Shown: positions 51,245 through 60,073 of the stretch, in pieces
How the letters are laid out: every line of letters starts with the position of its first letter
Position numbering within the stretch: the first letter of the stretch is position 1
Source: an uncultured Christensenella sp.
Lineage (GTDB): Bacteria > Bacillota > Clostridia > Christensenellales > Borkfalkiaceae
NCBI GenBank assembly: GCA_910585235.1
Contig: CAJUCM010000003.1
Span: 15,649 to 79,648, forward strand
Length of the DNA: 64,000 nucleotides
Direction of reading: 5' to 3'
Program-made: the position numbers and the translations under genes
The notes under the pieces: model-generated
The model's input: the letters and a program-made list of their open reading frames with translations, nothing else
Database searches by the model: none
What the model was told of the DNA's origin: nothing

Positions 51245-53962
51245 TTACAGTTTGATGTGTGCGGCGATCAGATCGACCGTTTTTTTGTCGAGCTCTCCGA
51301 GTTGCAGATAATCTCTGAACTTCATCTTTTTGCCGTTGACGAATACTTTGTCCGTCGCGTCCATCCCCTTTTTTTGCAGATAACGGATCGTTTCCTCCGT
51401 CTTGGGAGCGATCTCTTTCAGCGTGAAAAGATATGCCTGCAACAGATTGCACTGAACGTGTTTGCAGACCGTTTCGATCTTCTTCGGCTTGTCGGCAAAC
51501 TCGACGACTTTGGGAACGAGCGCATCCTTGACTTCCTGCGAACCTTTGAATTCCGAGACGAATCTGCCGATCGACGTCTCGTCGAAGGAGCGCACGCAAT
51601 CGAATATTTTTCCGAGGTGCTCCTCATAACCGCCGATCAGACTTTCGCAGTGCCTCACGAAGATACGGCGGGCTTCCGCGGGATTCTCTTCGAGGTAGGG
51701 ATACAGGTATTTGACGTAGGTCTCGTCATAGCGTTCGGGGAGAATGTCGAGATAGAGTTCGATGCTCTGCCTGCTGAACGGAAAGTCCCCGAACATTTCA
51801 AAAATTTCGCGCTTATCCTCGTCGCTGTCCCTGCCCGCAAGAAACGCCTCGATCTGTCTGTTGGCGTCGCCGTACTTGCCCGTCTTGGGCGCGAGCAGTT
51901 TCATAAATTCCTTTTTGAGCGGATCTCCGCCGAGGAGCATCTTCTCGTAATATTTGATTTCGAGATCGCTCACTTTGTCAATGAGGATCTTGACGGTCGC
52001 AAGCCGGTCGGCGCCGTTGCCCCTGATCGCGCCCACGAGCAGTTCGCTCGCAAGCCTTTTATCGATATTGAAATCGAAGAAAGCGATCTTGATTTTTTCA
52101 AGGTCGCAGTGTTCGAGAATATACTGCATATTGTACGTTCCGAGATCGGAGATCCCCGACTGGTACCTGAGGTGTTTCAGAACTTCGTTTGCGACCTCGT
52201 TTCCGCCGTTTGCCGCAAGCGTCACGAGTTTATCCACTTCCACATTGAGAAGGGGACGCTTGCCGTAATTTTCAAGCACCGCTCTGACGGAATCCGCGTC
52301 TTTCAGTCCGGAGAGCGCGCCGCCGAGCCCCATAACGTTCAGCGGGATCTTATGAATATTCATGATCTTCACGACGGCGAGCGCGACGCCCTCCTCTTCG
52401 CAGTCGGAGAGATACGCGTTCAGATCGTCCGTTACGGCGGGCGTCATGTCCAGCTTGTCGGCGATCGCAAGGAGGTTGATCTGCTTCTGTACGCTGTCGC
52501 CCCCGTCTCCCCGAAGATAGGCGATTAAAAGCGCGTTTCCGTCCAAACGGGAGACGCCGCGCATGACTTCGCTCACCTCTTCCGTTCTGCCGTTTGCAAG
52601 GAGCATCTGCACGAGTTCCGTGACCGTCTTCGTATTGTAAATGTTATGATAGTCCACCATGTCGAGGACGAAACACTGCCTCGCCCTGTCCTTGATCGCG
52701 CCGAAACACTTCGCAAGATAAATGAGCAGATTCGCGTCCGCGATCTCGCCGTAAACTCCGCGCTCCGAAAGCGTCAGCGACGGATATTTTTTCTTGATCT
52801 CCGCGCTCACGTTCTGAATGCTGTCAATGTGAAGATTCCTCTCCGCGGGCGGGCATTTTGAGAGAGCGGCAAGCTCCGTGCACAGCGTGGCGACGGGGAT
52901 CAGCTCCTCCCCGTGAAGCCGCGCGAACTGCTCGAATACGATGCGGCTTGCGGTCTCCGTATTGCCGACGGTGAGGTTGGAAAGCACCATCGTCATGGCT
53001 TCGGAAAGCCCCTCCGCCTTTCTGTCCTGCATGACGATCCGCTCGGTGACGACCGTCTTCGCGCTCTGCGAAGAGGACTTCTTTTCCTTTTTGCGGACGG
53101 CAAACGCCTTTGCATCTTCTATCCAGCCCTTGCCGTTCAGATCGATCGGCGCCTGCTTCTGGAACGTCTTTCTCAGGCGGAACGGAAACCTGCTCTCGTC
53201 AAGTCCGTTGTGCAAAACCTGTATTTTTTTGCCTTCGCCCGCAATGAACCGACCCCAGATATACTCGTTCCCGTCGAGCGTCTCTTCGCTTTCCGCAACT
53301 AAAAACATGGTCGCGGCGCTCTCGGACGCGGCGAAAATGCACGCCTCCGCACTCGGCGCGTTCTTCGGAATGGACTTCGACGGCAGGAAAATGCGGATCC
53401 CCTCTTTCTTCAATGCGTCAAAGAGTTGATCCGCCGCCTTTTTCTCGATACCGTCTTCCCCGCAGAAAATGAACGCGTCGTATTTTTCCTGCGAGGCGCT
53501 CAATTCATAAGAACGGTAACGGAGCTGTTCGATCTCGGTCGCTTTTTTACGGTATTCCGCGCTCTCCTCTTCCCCGCACAGGTCGTAAATTTTTTGAAGA
53601 TAAGCGGACTTCGTCGCGGGAATGCGGGAGATCAGGTGGATCCTCGGAACATACGTCCCGTTTTCCTGAACGTATTCGATCCCGTACTCGGAAAGAAACG
53701 CGCCCCAATAGGCAAGCAGATTCCGATCGTCCTGCCCGATTGCGGACTCATAGATTTCAAGCGCTTTATCGAAATGGCGCAGCTTCCGCTCGCGCTCCGC
53801 CGTGTTGAGCTGTTCCACAAGCTGGGACGGAGTCTCCGCCCCCGCCTTTTCGATATTCCGATATGTATTGCCGCAATTTTCGCAGACGTATGTTCCGTCG
53901 GTATTCTTTTCCAGTTTACCGCCGCAAGTATAACATTCCAGCCAATCTTTGTTTACTCTCAT
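51245..53962 (-). CDS. Zn-ribbon / TPR-like / TIR-like domain protein with a ~600-aa helical-repeat C-terminal region (905 aa)
   Basis: CYTCGG...CENCG. LLAYWGAFLSEYGIEY and SAEYRKKATEIEQL...YDAFIFCGEDG...GIRIFLP...TMFLVAES...YIWGRF are collinear with the first ~280 aa of the TIR protein at 7276-9873. No TM helices. Confidence 0.75.
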   Translation of the reverse strand: MRVNKDWLECYTCGGKLEKNTDGTYVCENCGNTYRNIEKAGAETPSQLVEQLNTAERERKLRHFDKALEIYESAIGQDDRNLLAYWGAFLSEYGIEYVQENGTYVPRIHLISRIPATKSAYLQKIYDLCGEEESAEYRKKATEIEQLRYRSYELSASQEKYDAFIFCGEDGIEKKAADQLFDALKKEGIRIFLPSKSIPKNAPSAEACIFAASESAATMFLVAESEETLDGNEYIWGRFIAGEGKKIQVLHNGLDESRFPFRLRKTFQKQAPIDLNGKGWIEDAKAFAVRKKEKKSSSQSAKTVVTERIVMQDRKAEGLSEAMTMVLSNLTVGNTETASRIVFEQFARLHGEELIPVATLCTELAALSKCPPAERNLHIDSIQNVSAEIKKKYPSLTLSERGVYGEIADANLLIYLAKCFGAIKDRARQCFVLDMVDYHNIYNTKTVTELVQMLLANGRTEEVSEVMRGVSRLDGNALLIAYLRGDGGDSVQKQINLLAIADKLDMTPAVTDDLNAYLSDCEEEGVALAVVKIMNIHKIPLNVMGLGGALSGLKDADSVRAVLENYGKRPLLNVEVDKLVTLAANGGNEVANEVLKHLRYQSGISDLGTYNMQYILEHCDLEKIKIAFFDFNIDKRLASELLVGAIRGNGADRLATVKILIDKVSDLEIKYYEKMLLGGDPLKKEFMKLLAPKTGKYGDANRQIEAFLAGRDSDEDKREIFEMFGDFPFSRQSIELYLDILPERYDETYVKYLYPYLEENPAEARRIFVRHCESLIGGYEEHLGKIFDCVRSFDETSIGRFVSEFKGSQEVKDALVPKVVEFADKPKKIETVCKHVQCNLLQAYLFTLKEIAPKTEETIRYLQKKGMDATDKVFVNGKKMKFRDYLQLGELDKKTVDLIAAHIKL

Positions 53963-54037
53963 CTACAACCCCTCGCCGTTTTGAAACCGTTGCGGGACGG
54001 TTCAATTACTTTTTTCCGTTGCTATACATTATGTTAC

Positions 54038-54066
54038 AGTTTAACATTTTTGTCGAAAAATGTCAA
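54038..54066 (-). promoter_or_regulatory. candidate promoter of the seven-gene operon
   Basis: Minus strand reads TTGACA-17 nt-TAAACT, about 70 nt upstream of the SD GAGGGG and ATG at 53962. Confidence 0.45.
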
Positions 54067-54089
54067 TATAATTATACAAAATCAATCCA

Positions 54090-54127
54090 TAAAAAAGCGA
54101 CCGCGGACACAATCGTTCCGCGGTCGC
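54090..54127 (-). terminator. rho-independent terminator after the lacI-family gene
   Basis: Minus strand reads GCGACCGCGGA-loop-TCCGCGGTCGC followed by TTTTTTATGG. Confidence 0.8.
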
Positions 54128-54149
54128 TTTCATAAATTTATTCCGATCT

Positions 54150-55136
54150 TCAATCGTTTTCTTTTATACAGACCTCAAAATCAAGACGTTTGACATCGTC
54201 CATAGAGCTGTCCTCTTTGCGACGGACGATTTTTTCGAGCAACAGATCCACTGCGGCATCGGCAATTTTTTGTTTGTCGGAAGAAACCGTAACAAAGGGC
54301 GCGGGTACGGGATATTCCGCCTGAATATCGTCATAGCCGGTCACGAGCACGTCTTCCGGAACGCGGATCCCTTTTTTGCGCAAACGGGCAATGCACTGTA
54401 AAGCCATAATATCGCTGAAACAGAAAATCGCGTCGGCGTTCTTTTGAACAAGCTCGTCCACCAACGGGTTGATATTATTCTCTTCCATATATGCGGTATG
54501 ATCGTCGCAGAACGTATATCCATGCGCGGCAAGCCCCTGTTTGAGTCCGTTGAGACGACGCTGAGAGCATTCCACGGAACGGGAGGTCCCCAAATAGCAG
54601 ACGTTTTTGCGTTGCTTTTCCATAAGGTATTCGCCCATAAGATATCCGCCCCGAAAGTCGTCGGTAGAAACGGAATCCACTTCGATCTCTTTATTCTGCC
54701 TTCCCAACAACACGATTCCGATACGATTCTTTTTAAGAATTTCAAGAACTTTCGGCTGCGGCTCGATGAACGTAATAATGCCGTCCACCTGTCTGCCCAT
54801 GATATTGCTCAGATCTTCCGTTTTAAGTTGATTATAGATTCCCGCAAAAATAATGATATCGTAACCGAAACGGCTAAGTCTGCTGAACAACAGATCGGTC
54901 ATGATCATATAATAAGGGTTCATCAGCGTATCGAATACGATCGCCACCATTTTCGACTGTCCGTATCTGAGACTTGTCGCCACACGGTTGGGCACATATC
55001 CCATTTTGTCCGCAGTTTCAAGGATCTCTTTACGGCAGCGCTCGCTGATTCCTCCCGCGCCGCGAATCGCCTTGGAGACCGTATTCACGGTCACGCCCAA
55101 TTCGTCTGCAATATCGCTAAGCCGAATGTTCTTCAT
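54150..55136 (-). CDS. LacI-family transcriptional regulator
   Basis: N-terminal HTH IRLSDIADELGVTVNTVSKAIRG plus a periplasmic-binding-protein-like sugar-binding core. Confidence 0.9.
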   Translation of the reverse strand: MKNIRLSDIADELGVTVNTVSKAIRGAGGISERCRKEILETADKMGYVPNRVATSLRYGQSKMVAIVFDTLMNPYYMIMTDLLFSRLSRFGYDIIIFAGIYNQLKTEDLSNIMGRQVDGIITFIEPQPKVLEILKKNRIGIVLLGRQNKEIEVDSVSTDDFRGGYLMGEYLMEKQRKNVCYLGTSRSVECSQRRLNGLKQGLAAHGYTFCDDHTAYMEENNINPLVDELVQKNADAIFCFSDIMALQCIARLRKKGIRVPEDVLVTGYDDIQAEYPVPAPFVTVSSDKQKIADAAVDLLLEKIVRRKEDSSMDDVKRLDFEVCIKEND

Positions 55137-55168
55137 ACAGAATCCCCACTCACCAGTATATTGAATTT

Positions 55169-55198
55169 ATTATAGCAAATTTAATATACTTTTGTCAA
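55169..55198 (-). promoter_or_regulatory. sigma-A type promoter of the lacI-family gene
   Basis: Minus strand reads TTGACA-18 nt-TATAAT, just downstream of the GH2 stop codon. Confidence 0.5.
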
Positions 55199-55203
55199 TG
55201 TTT

Positions 55204-56976
55204 TTACTTGAAGCGCCCCGTAACGGCGCGTGCAATGCGCTCGACATCGGCTTTGGGTTTTCTGTCCTTTGTCAAAAGTCCGTTGATTTCCTGCTCCACG
55301 TCGGCAAGTTGAGTATAGCAGAAGCCTTTGATCTCTTCGCTTGCATAAATCGCTTTGAACACGCGTTCGAGAAAGGCAATCAATTCCGCCTCGTTCTTCA
55401 CCTCCGAATAGCCGTAACTTTCTCCGTCGTACTTCCCGTAAGAGGCGCCGCCCATTTCCGTAAGCAGGATCGGTTGCCCCTCGTCGCCAAATTCACCGAC
55501 AAATATACTGCGGTTCGTCGAAGGGCGGTAAAGCAGGTTGCTACGCGTTGCAATGCCCTTTACATAATCCGCTTGCCGCGCAAAATCGTCTTTTCCTCCA
55601 TGGGCATAGTTGTGGATCCCGATCAGGTCGGTTTTGACCATTTCCCAACCGTCGTTTGAAATAACGGGGCGGGAAGGGTCGAGCATTTTAGTGAGATAGT
55701 ACAAAGAAAGCGCGTGCGCGCGCTGTTCTTCGGAACCGCGCAGATTGGGTACGCCCCAGCTCTCGTTGAGGGGAACCCAGGCAACGATACAGGGATGGTT
55801 GATCCGCTGGATCACCGAGTCCGCCCACTCTTCCTGAAAACGCGCGGCGGCGACCGCGTCGAAGTTTGCGCAATTCGCCGTTTCGCCCCATACGAGAAAG
55901 CCGAGTTTATCGGCATAGTAATGGAAGAGCTCGCACTCAACTTTCTGATGCTTGCGGCAGCCGTTAAAACCCATTTTTTTTGCAATTATAATATCGTTTG
56001 AAAGGTCTTCGTCGCAGGCGGGCGTCAAAAGTCCGTCCGGAAAATAACCCTGATCGAGAACAAGGCGCATAAAATACTTGTGATGATTTAAGTATATCTC
56101 CCCGTCCTTTACGGAAATCTCGCGCATGCCGAAATAGCTCGTCACAAAATCCCGCCGTTTTCCGTTTTTTATAAGCTCAATTTCTACGTCGAACAAAACA
56201 GGATTTTCGGGACTCCAACACAGCCCCGCCGAATGCGTCGAGCAGTTCATAATCTTGCCGTGAAACACGTCCAGCGTCAAACGCGCCAATCCGTCTTGGA
56301 CGCGGGCGCTGCCCGCGGCAACGTCTTTCCCGTTCAAAAGAGCGCGGAGCCTTACTTCCGCGCCTGCTTCCGCATCGCAACGCAGAACAAATGCCGCCTC
56401 TCCGCTGTCGATATCCGTTTTAACGGTGAGATCCTTGATATAGCTCTCGTTGACGCATTCGAGAAAAACGCTCTGCCAGATCCCGCTCGAACGGGTGTAC
56501 CAGATTTCGCGCGGCTTTTCCTCCCAGAACTGTTTCCCGCGGGGCTGACATTCGTTAAAGGGGTCGTCCTCCACATAGACGCATAGTTCGTCGTTCTGAT
56601 AGCCGAGAAAACGGGTTATTTCCACGCTGAAAGCGGTATTTCCTCCCGTATGTACGCCCGCGATCTCGCCGTTCACAAAAATTTTCGCCGCATAATCCAC
56701 GGCGTTGAAATGAACGAAAATACGCTTGCCTTTCCAATCGGACGGAAGCGAGATCCTCTTTTTATACCAAAAATAACGGTGCGGCGCAGGATCGCCGATC
56801 CCGCTCAATTTGCATTCGTAAACGTAGGGAACTTCGATTTTACGCGAAAACCGTTTGTTTGCATACCACTTTTCGCGCAGACCGACGTTCTTATCATCAA
56901 ACTCGAAATCCCAGCTTCCGTTGAGAGACAACCATTCCTCTCTTCTGAATTGCGGTCTTGGATATTCTTTTAACAT
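55204..56976 (-). CDS. glycoside hydrolase family 2 enzyme
   Basis: GH2 sugar-binding N-terminus (RPQFRREEWLSLNGSWDFEFD, FNAVDYAAKIFVNG), a TIM barrel with WVPLNESWG (acid/base) and LTEMGG (nucleophile region). Confidence 0.8.
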   Translation of the reverse strand: MLKEYPRPQFRREEWLSLNGSWDFEFDDKNVGLREKWYANKRFSRKIEVPYVYECKLSGIGDPAPHRYFWYKKRISLPSDWKGKRIFVHFNAVDYAAKIFVNGEIAGVHTGGNTAFSVEITRFLGYQNDELCVYVEDDPFNECQPRGKQFWEEKPREIWYTRSSGIWQSVFLECVNESYIKDLTVKTDIDSGEAAFVLRCDAEAGAEVRLRALLNGKDVAAGSARVQDGLARLTLDVFHGKIMNCSTHSAGLCWSPENPVLFDVEIELIKNGKRRDFVTSYFGMREISVKDGEIYLNHHKYFMRLVLDQGYFPDGLLTPACDEDLSNDIIIAKKMGFNGCRKHQKVECELFHYYADKLGFLVWGETANCANFDAVAAARFQEEWADSVIQRINHPCIVAWVPLNESWGVPNLRGSEEQRAHALSLYYLTKMLDPSRPVISNDGWEMVKTDLIGIHNYAHGGKDDFARQADYVKGIATRSNLLYRPSTNRSIFVGEFGDEGQPILLTEMGGASYGKYDGESYGYSEVKNEAELIAFLERVFKAIYASEEIKGFCYTQLADVEQEINGLLTKDRKPKADVERIARAVTGRFK

Positions 56977-56989
56977 TTCATTCTCCTTT

Positions 56990-57844
56990 TTAATCTTTCA
57001 TACCGGAAGTTGCAATCCCCTCAATCACCTTCTCCTGCGTAAACATAAAGAGGATCAGTACGGGAATCGCCGACGTGATCGCGGCGGTCATGGTAAGCCC
57101 CAAGTCGTAATTATACGAACCCTGCATCAAACTCAGTCCGACCGGCAACGTCATCATGGCAATATCCTCCGCGCCCATAATGATCTGCGGCCACATATAG
57201 TCGTTCCAATTCGACAAAAACGCAAAGATCCCCGCAACCATGAACGCCGAAGACGAAAGCGGAAGCACAATTCTTAAAAACACGGTGAACTGCCCCGCTC
57301 CCTCCACCTGTGCGCTTTCGATCAAGGATTTCGGAATTCCGAGAAAGAACTGACGCATGATAAACAAACCGAACACGCCGGCGGCGCCCGGAACGATCAG
57401 GGCGAGCGGCGAACCGATCCAATCGAACGCGACCATCATGTTATACATGGGAACGAGATTGATCACGGTCGGGATCATCATAGTGGCGAGCACGCAGGTA
57501 AAGAGTATATTCTGCCCTTTGAAACGGAGCAGACTGAACGCATACGCCGCAAGCGAAACGACGACGAGGTGCAGAATTGTATATAGCGCCGCCGTATATA
57601 CGCTGTTCCAGAGCCACAGGAGTACGGGATACTGCTCGAAATCGGTGAAGAGTTTGATATAACGGTCCAAAGTGAATTCCCGCGGAATAAAGCTCAACAG
57701 GTGCGCGTCGATATCCGCGTCGGTCTTGAACGAGGTAACGAATCCCCAAACGAGCGGAACCAGCCACAGCAGAGTAATAGGAATGAGGATCGCCATAGAA
57801 ATGAGCCGACCTTTATTCAGACGGCGTTTGCGCTTTTCCGCCAT
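56990..57844 (-). CDS. carbohydrate ABC transporter permease (MalG-like)
   Basis: Six TM helices. EAA-type loop IESAQVEGAGQFTVFLRIVLP. Confidence 0.88.
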   Translation of the reverse strand: MAEKRKRRLNKGRLISMAILIPITLLWLVPLVWGFVTSFKTDADIDAHLLSFIPREFTLDRYIKLFTDFEQYPVLLWLWNSVYTAALYTILHLVVVSLAAYAFSLLRFKGQNILFTCVLATMMIPTVINLVPMYNMMVAFDWIGSPLALIVPGAAGVFGLFIMRQFFLGIPKSLIESAQVEGAGQFTVFLRIVLPLSSSAFMVAGIFAFLSNWNDYMWPQIIMGAEDIAMMTLPVGLSLMQGSYNYDLGLTMTAAITSAIPVLILFMFTQEKVIEGIATSGMKD

Positions 57845-57845
57845 A

Positions 57846-58802
57846 TCAGTCGCCCCTCCTCTTTGAAACTCTGCTCTGAACGATACTGACCGCGATCATA
57901 ATAATTCCCATGCAGACGGACATGGCGGAGGACACGCCGGGATTGGCGTTCGCCCCCATTCCGATCGTGCGGATCCTCATCATTAAAACGGTAGTCGTAA
58001 AATCACCGTCGATCACGGGACCGCCGCCCGTTAAAAGCTGCGGCTGACCGTAAACGTTGAACGAGGCGATCATCGTCATAAGCAAGCAAAGCACGATCTG
58101 ATTGGAGATTCCGGGCAACGTAATATGCCAAAAGGAACGGATCGCACCCGCGCCGTCAAGTTTTGCGGCTTCGTAAAGCGACTGATCGACATTCTTCATG
58201 CCGGCGCTGAAAATAACCATGTTCGTGCCGATCGTCCACCACAGCGTTACGATCAGAATGGCGACCCACGCCCAGGGCTGCGCATTCAGCCAGTTGGGGC
58301 CCCCGATTCCGATTTTTTTGAGAAATTCGTTGATCACGCCTCCGTTTGCATAGAACTGCCACGACCAAATGATCACGACGGTCGAGATCGACAGAACGGT
58401 TGGCACAAAGAGCGAAAAGCGGAAAAAGCGGAAACCGTAGGGTTTTCGGTCGAGCAACCCCGCGAAAATCAGGGGCAGAATAATGAGGAGGGGCACGGAG
58501 ATCGCAACAAAAAGCAACGTATTTTTCAGACCGTTCCAAAAATAAGAAAAATAAATGCTTTCGCTGTTGAACAGAATTTTGTAATAATTGCCGAATCCCG
58601 CAAACGACGTACGGCTTGCATCGAACATATTCCAGTTAAAGAAACTGATCGTAATGCCGAATATGAACGGAAAGATCACGAACATACAGAAAATGATGCC
58701 GAAAGGCAGTAAAAAGGCAACGGGAACCAACGCCTTTCTGATACGGGCGACACGGTTTACGGTCTTTGTTTCCTTTCTGTTGCAGGATCTTTTCATCATC
58801 AA
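57846..58802 (-). CDS. carbohydrate ABC transporter permease (MalF-like)
   Basis: Polytopic. EAA loop YEAAKLDGAGAIRSFWHITLP. Confidence 0.88.
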   Translation of the reverse strand: MMMKRSCNRKETKTVNRVARIRKALVPVAFLLPFGIIFCMFVIFPFIFGITISFFNWNMFDASRTSFAGFGNYYKILFNSESIYFSYFWNGLKNTLLFVAISVPLLIILPLIFAGLLDRKPYGFRFFRFSLFVPTVLSISTVVIIWSWQFYANGGVINEFLKKIGIGGPNWLNAQPWAWVAILIVTLWWTIGTNMVIFSAGMKNVDQSLYEAAKLDGAGAIRSFWHITLPGISNQIVLCLLMTMIASFNVYGQPQLLTGGGPVIDGDFTTTVLMMRIRTIGMGANANPGVSSAMSVCMGIIMIAVSIVQSRVSKRRGD

Positions 58803-60070
58803 ACCTCTATGAGTTCTTTTGCTTCCTTGACAAGTTTCTTCCCTTCCGTTTCCGCATCCGCAAGCATTGCCGCAACATCGTCCGATTTGCTCTGCATTGC
58901 GGAGATCAGACGGGAATAGACGGGCGTATACGCCTCAAAGTAATAGGGCGAACTTACGCCGATCGCAAAATTTTCGACCGAACCGAAATCGTGAACGTAT
59001 TTAAGAGCCTGATAACTTTCGCTTGCACGCGCTTTGGCGCTTGCAGGGATCTGTCCCGCGGTCGCCCACACGTCGGCGTGTTTCGACATATACGAAATAA
59101 ATTCCATTGCGGCTTTCTGCTTTGCCTCGTCCGCTCTCCTCTGCTTGGGAAGAACGAACGTATGCGCGCGCACGGCGATCTTCGACGAGGATTCGTTGAA
59201 CATATTTGACAGAGGGATCACGCCGTAGTCGATACTCGACGTTTTAAGATTATTCAGTACCCAAACGCCGTTGATGTGGAAGAGCGCCTTTCCGTTGCGG
59301 AAGCGCATCAGATCCTGATCGTTTCCGAGATTGGCGGGCGAAATCTTATGCTCGTGAATCAGATCGGCGACAGAATTGATCGCATTTACGCCCGCTTCGG
59401 TGTTGAAGCCGGGCTGATCGCCGTCTTTGACTTCCACGCCGCCGAACTGATAGAGCGCGGTCGTGAACGTATAATCGCTCGGAAAACCCGCCGCAAGCGG
59501 CAATCCCCACACCCCGCCGTCCGTATTGTCGGCTTTTTTTGCACACTCGATCAGCTCGGTGCGGTTCGTTGGAACCTGACAGCCGTATTGCGCAAGCAAA
59601 GTCTTGTTGTAGTAAATCCCCAAGGGGTGCATATCGAAAGGAACGGCGTAAGTCGCGTTTTTGAATTCGAGCGACGAGACGATCTGCGCGGGGAAGTCCG
59701 TCATGTCGATCCCTTCGCTTTCGATCAGCGCGTCCAAAGGATAAATGAGCCCTTGATTGGCGTAGCTCTGCACGCGGTAAGAGTGCATGATCGCCACGTC
59801 CGGACCCCGACCGATCGGGATATTCAATTCGAGGTTATCGTAATATACATCCTCGCTTGCATACTGCTCGGTCACATAGATTTTATCTTTATACTCTTCG
59901 TTGAAGCTCGCGACCATTTCGCGCATGACCGTTCCGTCCGCGCCCGTGAGAAGATTCCAGTAGCTGATATTCACGCTCTTGCCCGAACCGCCGCCCGAAG
60001 ATCCGCAGCCTGTCAGCGCCGCCGCGGCGGCAAGCGTAAGCGCGCCTGCAATAAAAATCCCTTTTTTCAT
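58799..60070 (-). CDS. ABC transporter sugar-binding lipoprotein (solute-binding family 1)
   Basis: Signal plus lipobox (ALTGCGS). Typical SBP_bac_1 length and pattern. Confidence 0.85.
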   Translation of the reverse strand: MKKGIFIAGALTLAAAAALTGCGSSGGGSGKSVNISYWNLLTGADGTVMREMVASFNEEYKDKIYVTEQYASEDVYYDNLELNIPIGRGPDVAIMHSYRVQSYANQGLIYPLDALIESEGIDMTDFPAQIVSSLEFKNATYAVPFDMHPLGIYYNKTLLAQYGCQVPTNRTELIECAKKADNTDGGVWGLPLAAGFPSDYTFTTALYQFGGVEVKDGDQPGFNTEAGVNAINSVADLIHEHKISPANLGNDQDLMRFRNGKALFHINGVWVLNNLKTSSIDYGVIPLSNMFNESSSKIAVRAHTFVLPKQRRADEAKQKAAMEFISYMSKHADVWATAGQIPASAKARASESYQALKYVHDFGSVENFAIGVSSPYYFEAYTPVYSRLISAMQSKSDDVAAMLADAETEGKKLVKEAKELIEV

Positions 60071-60073
60071 GCT

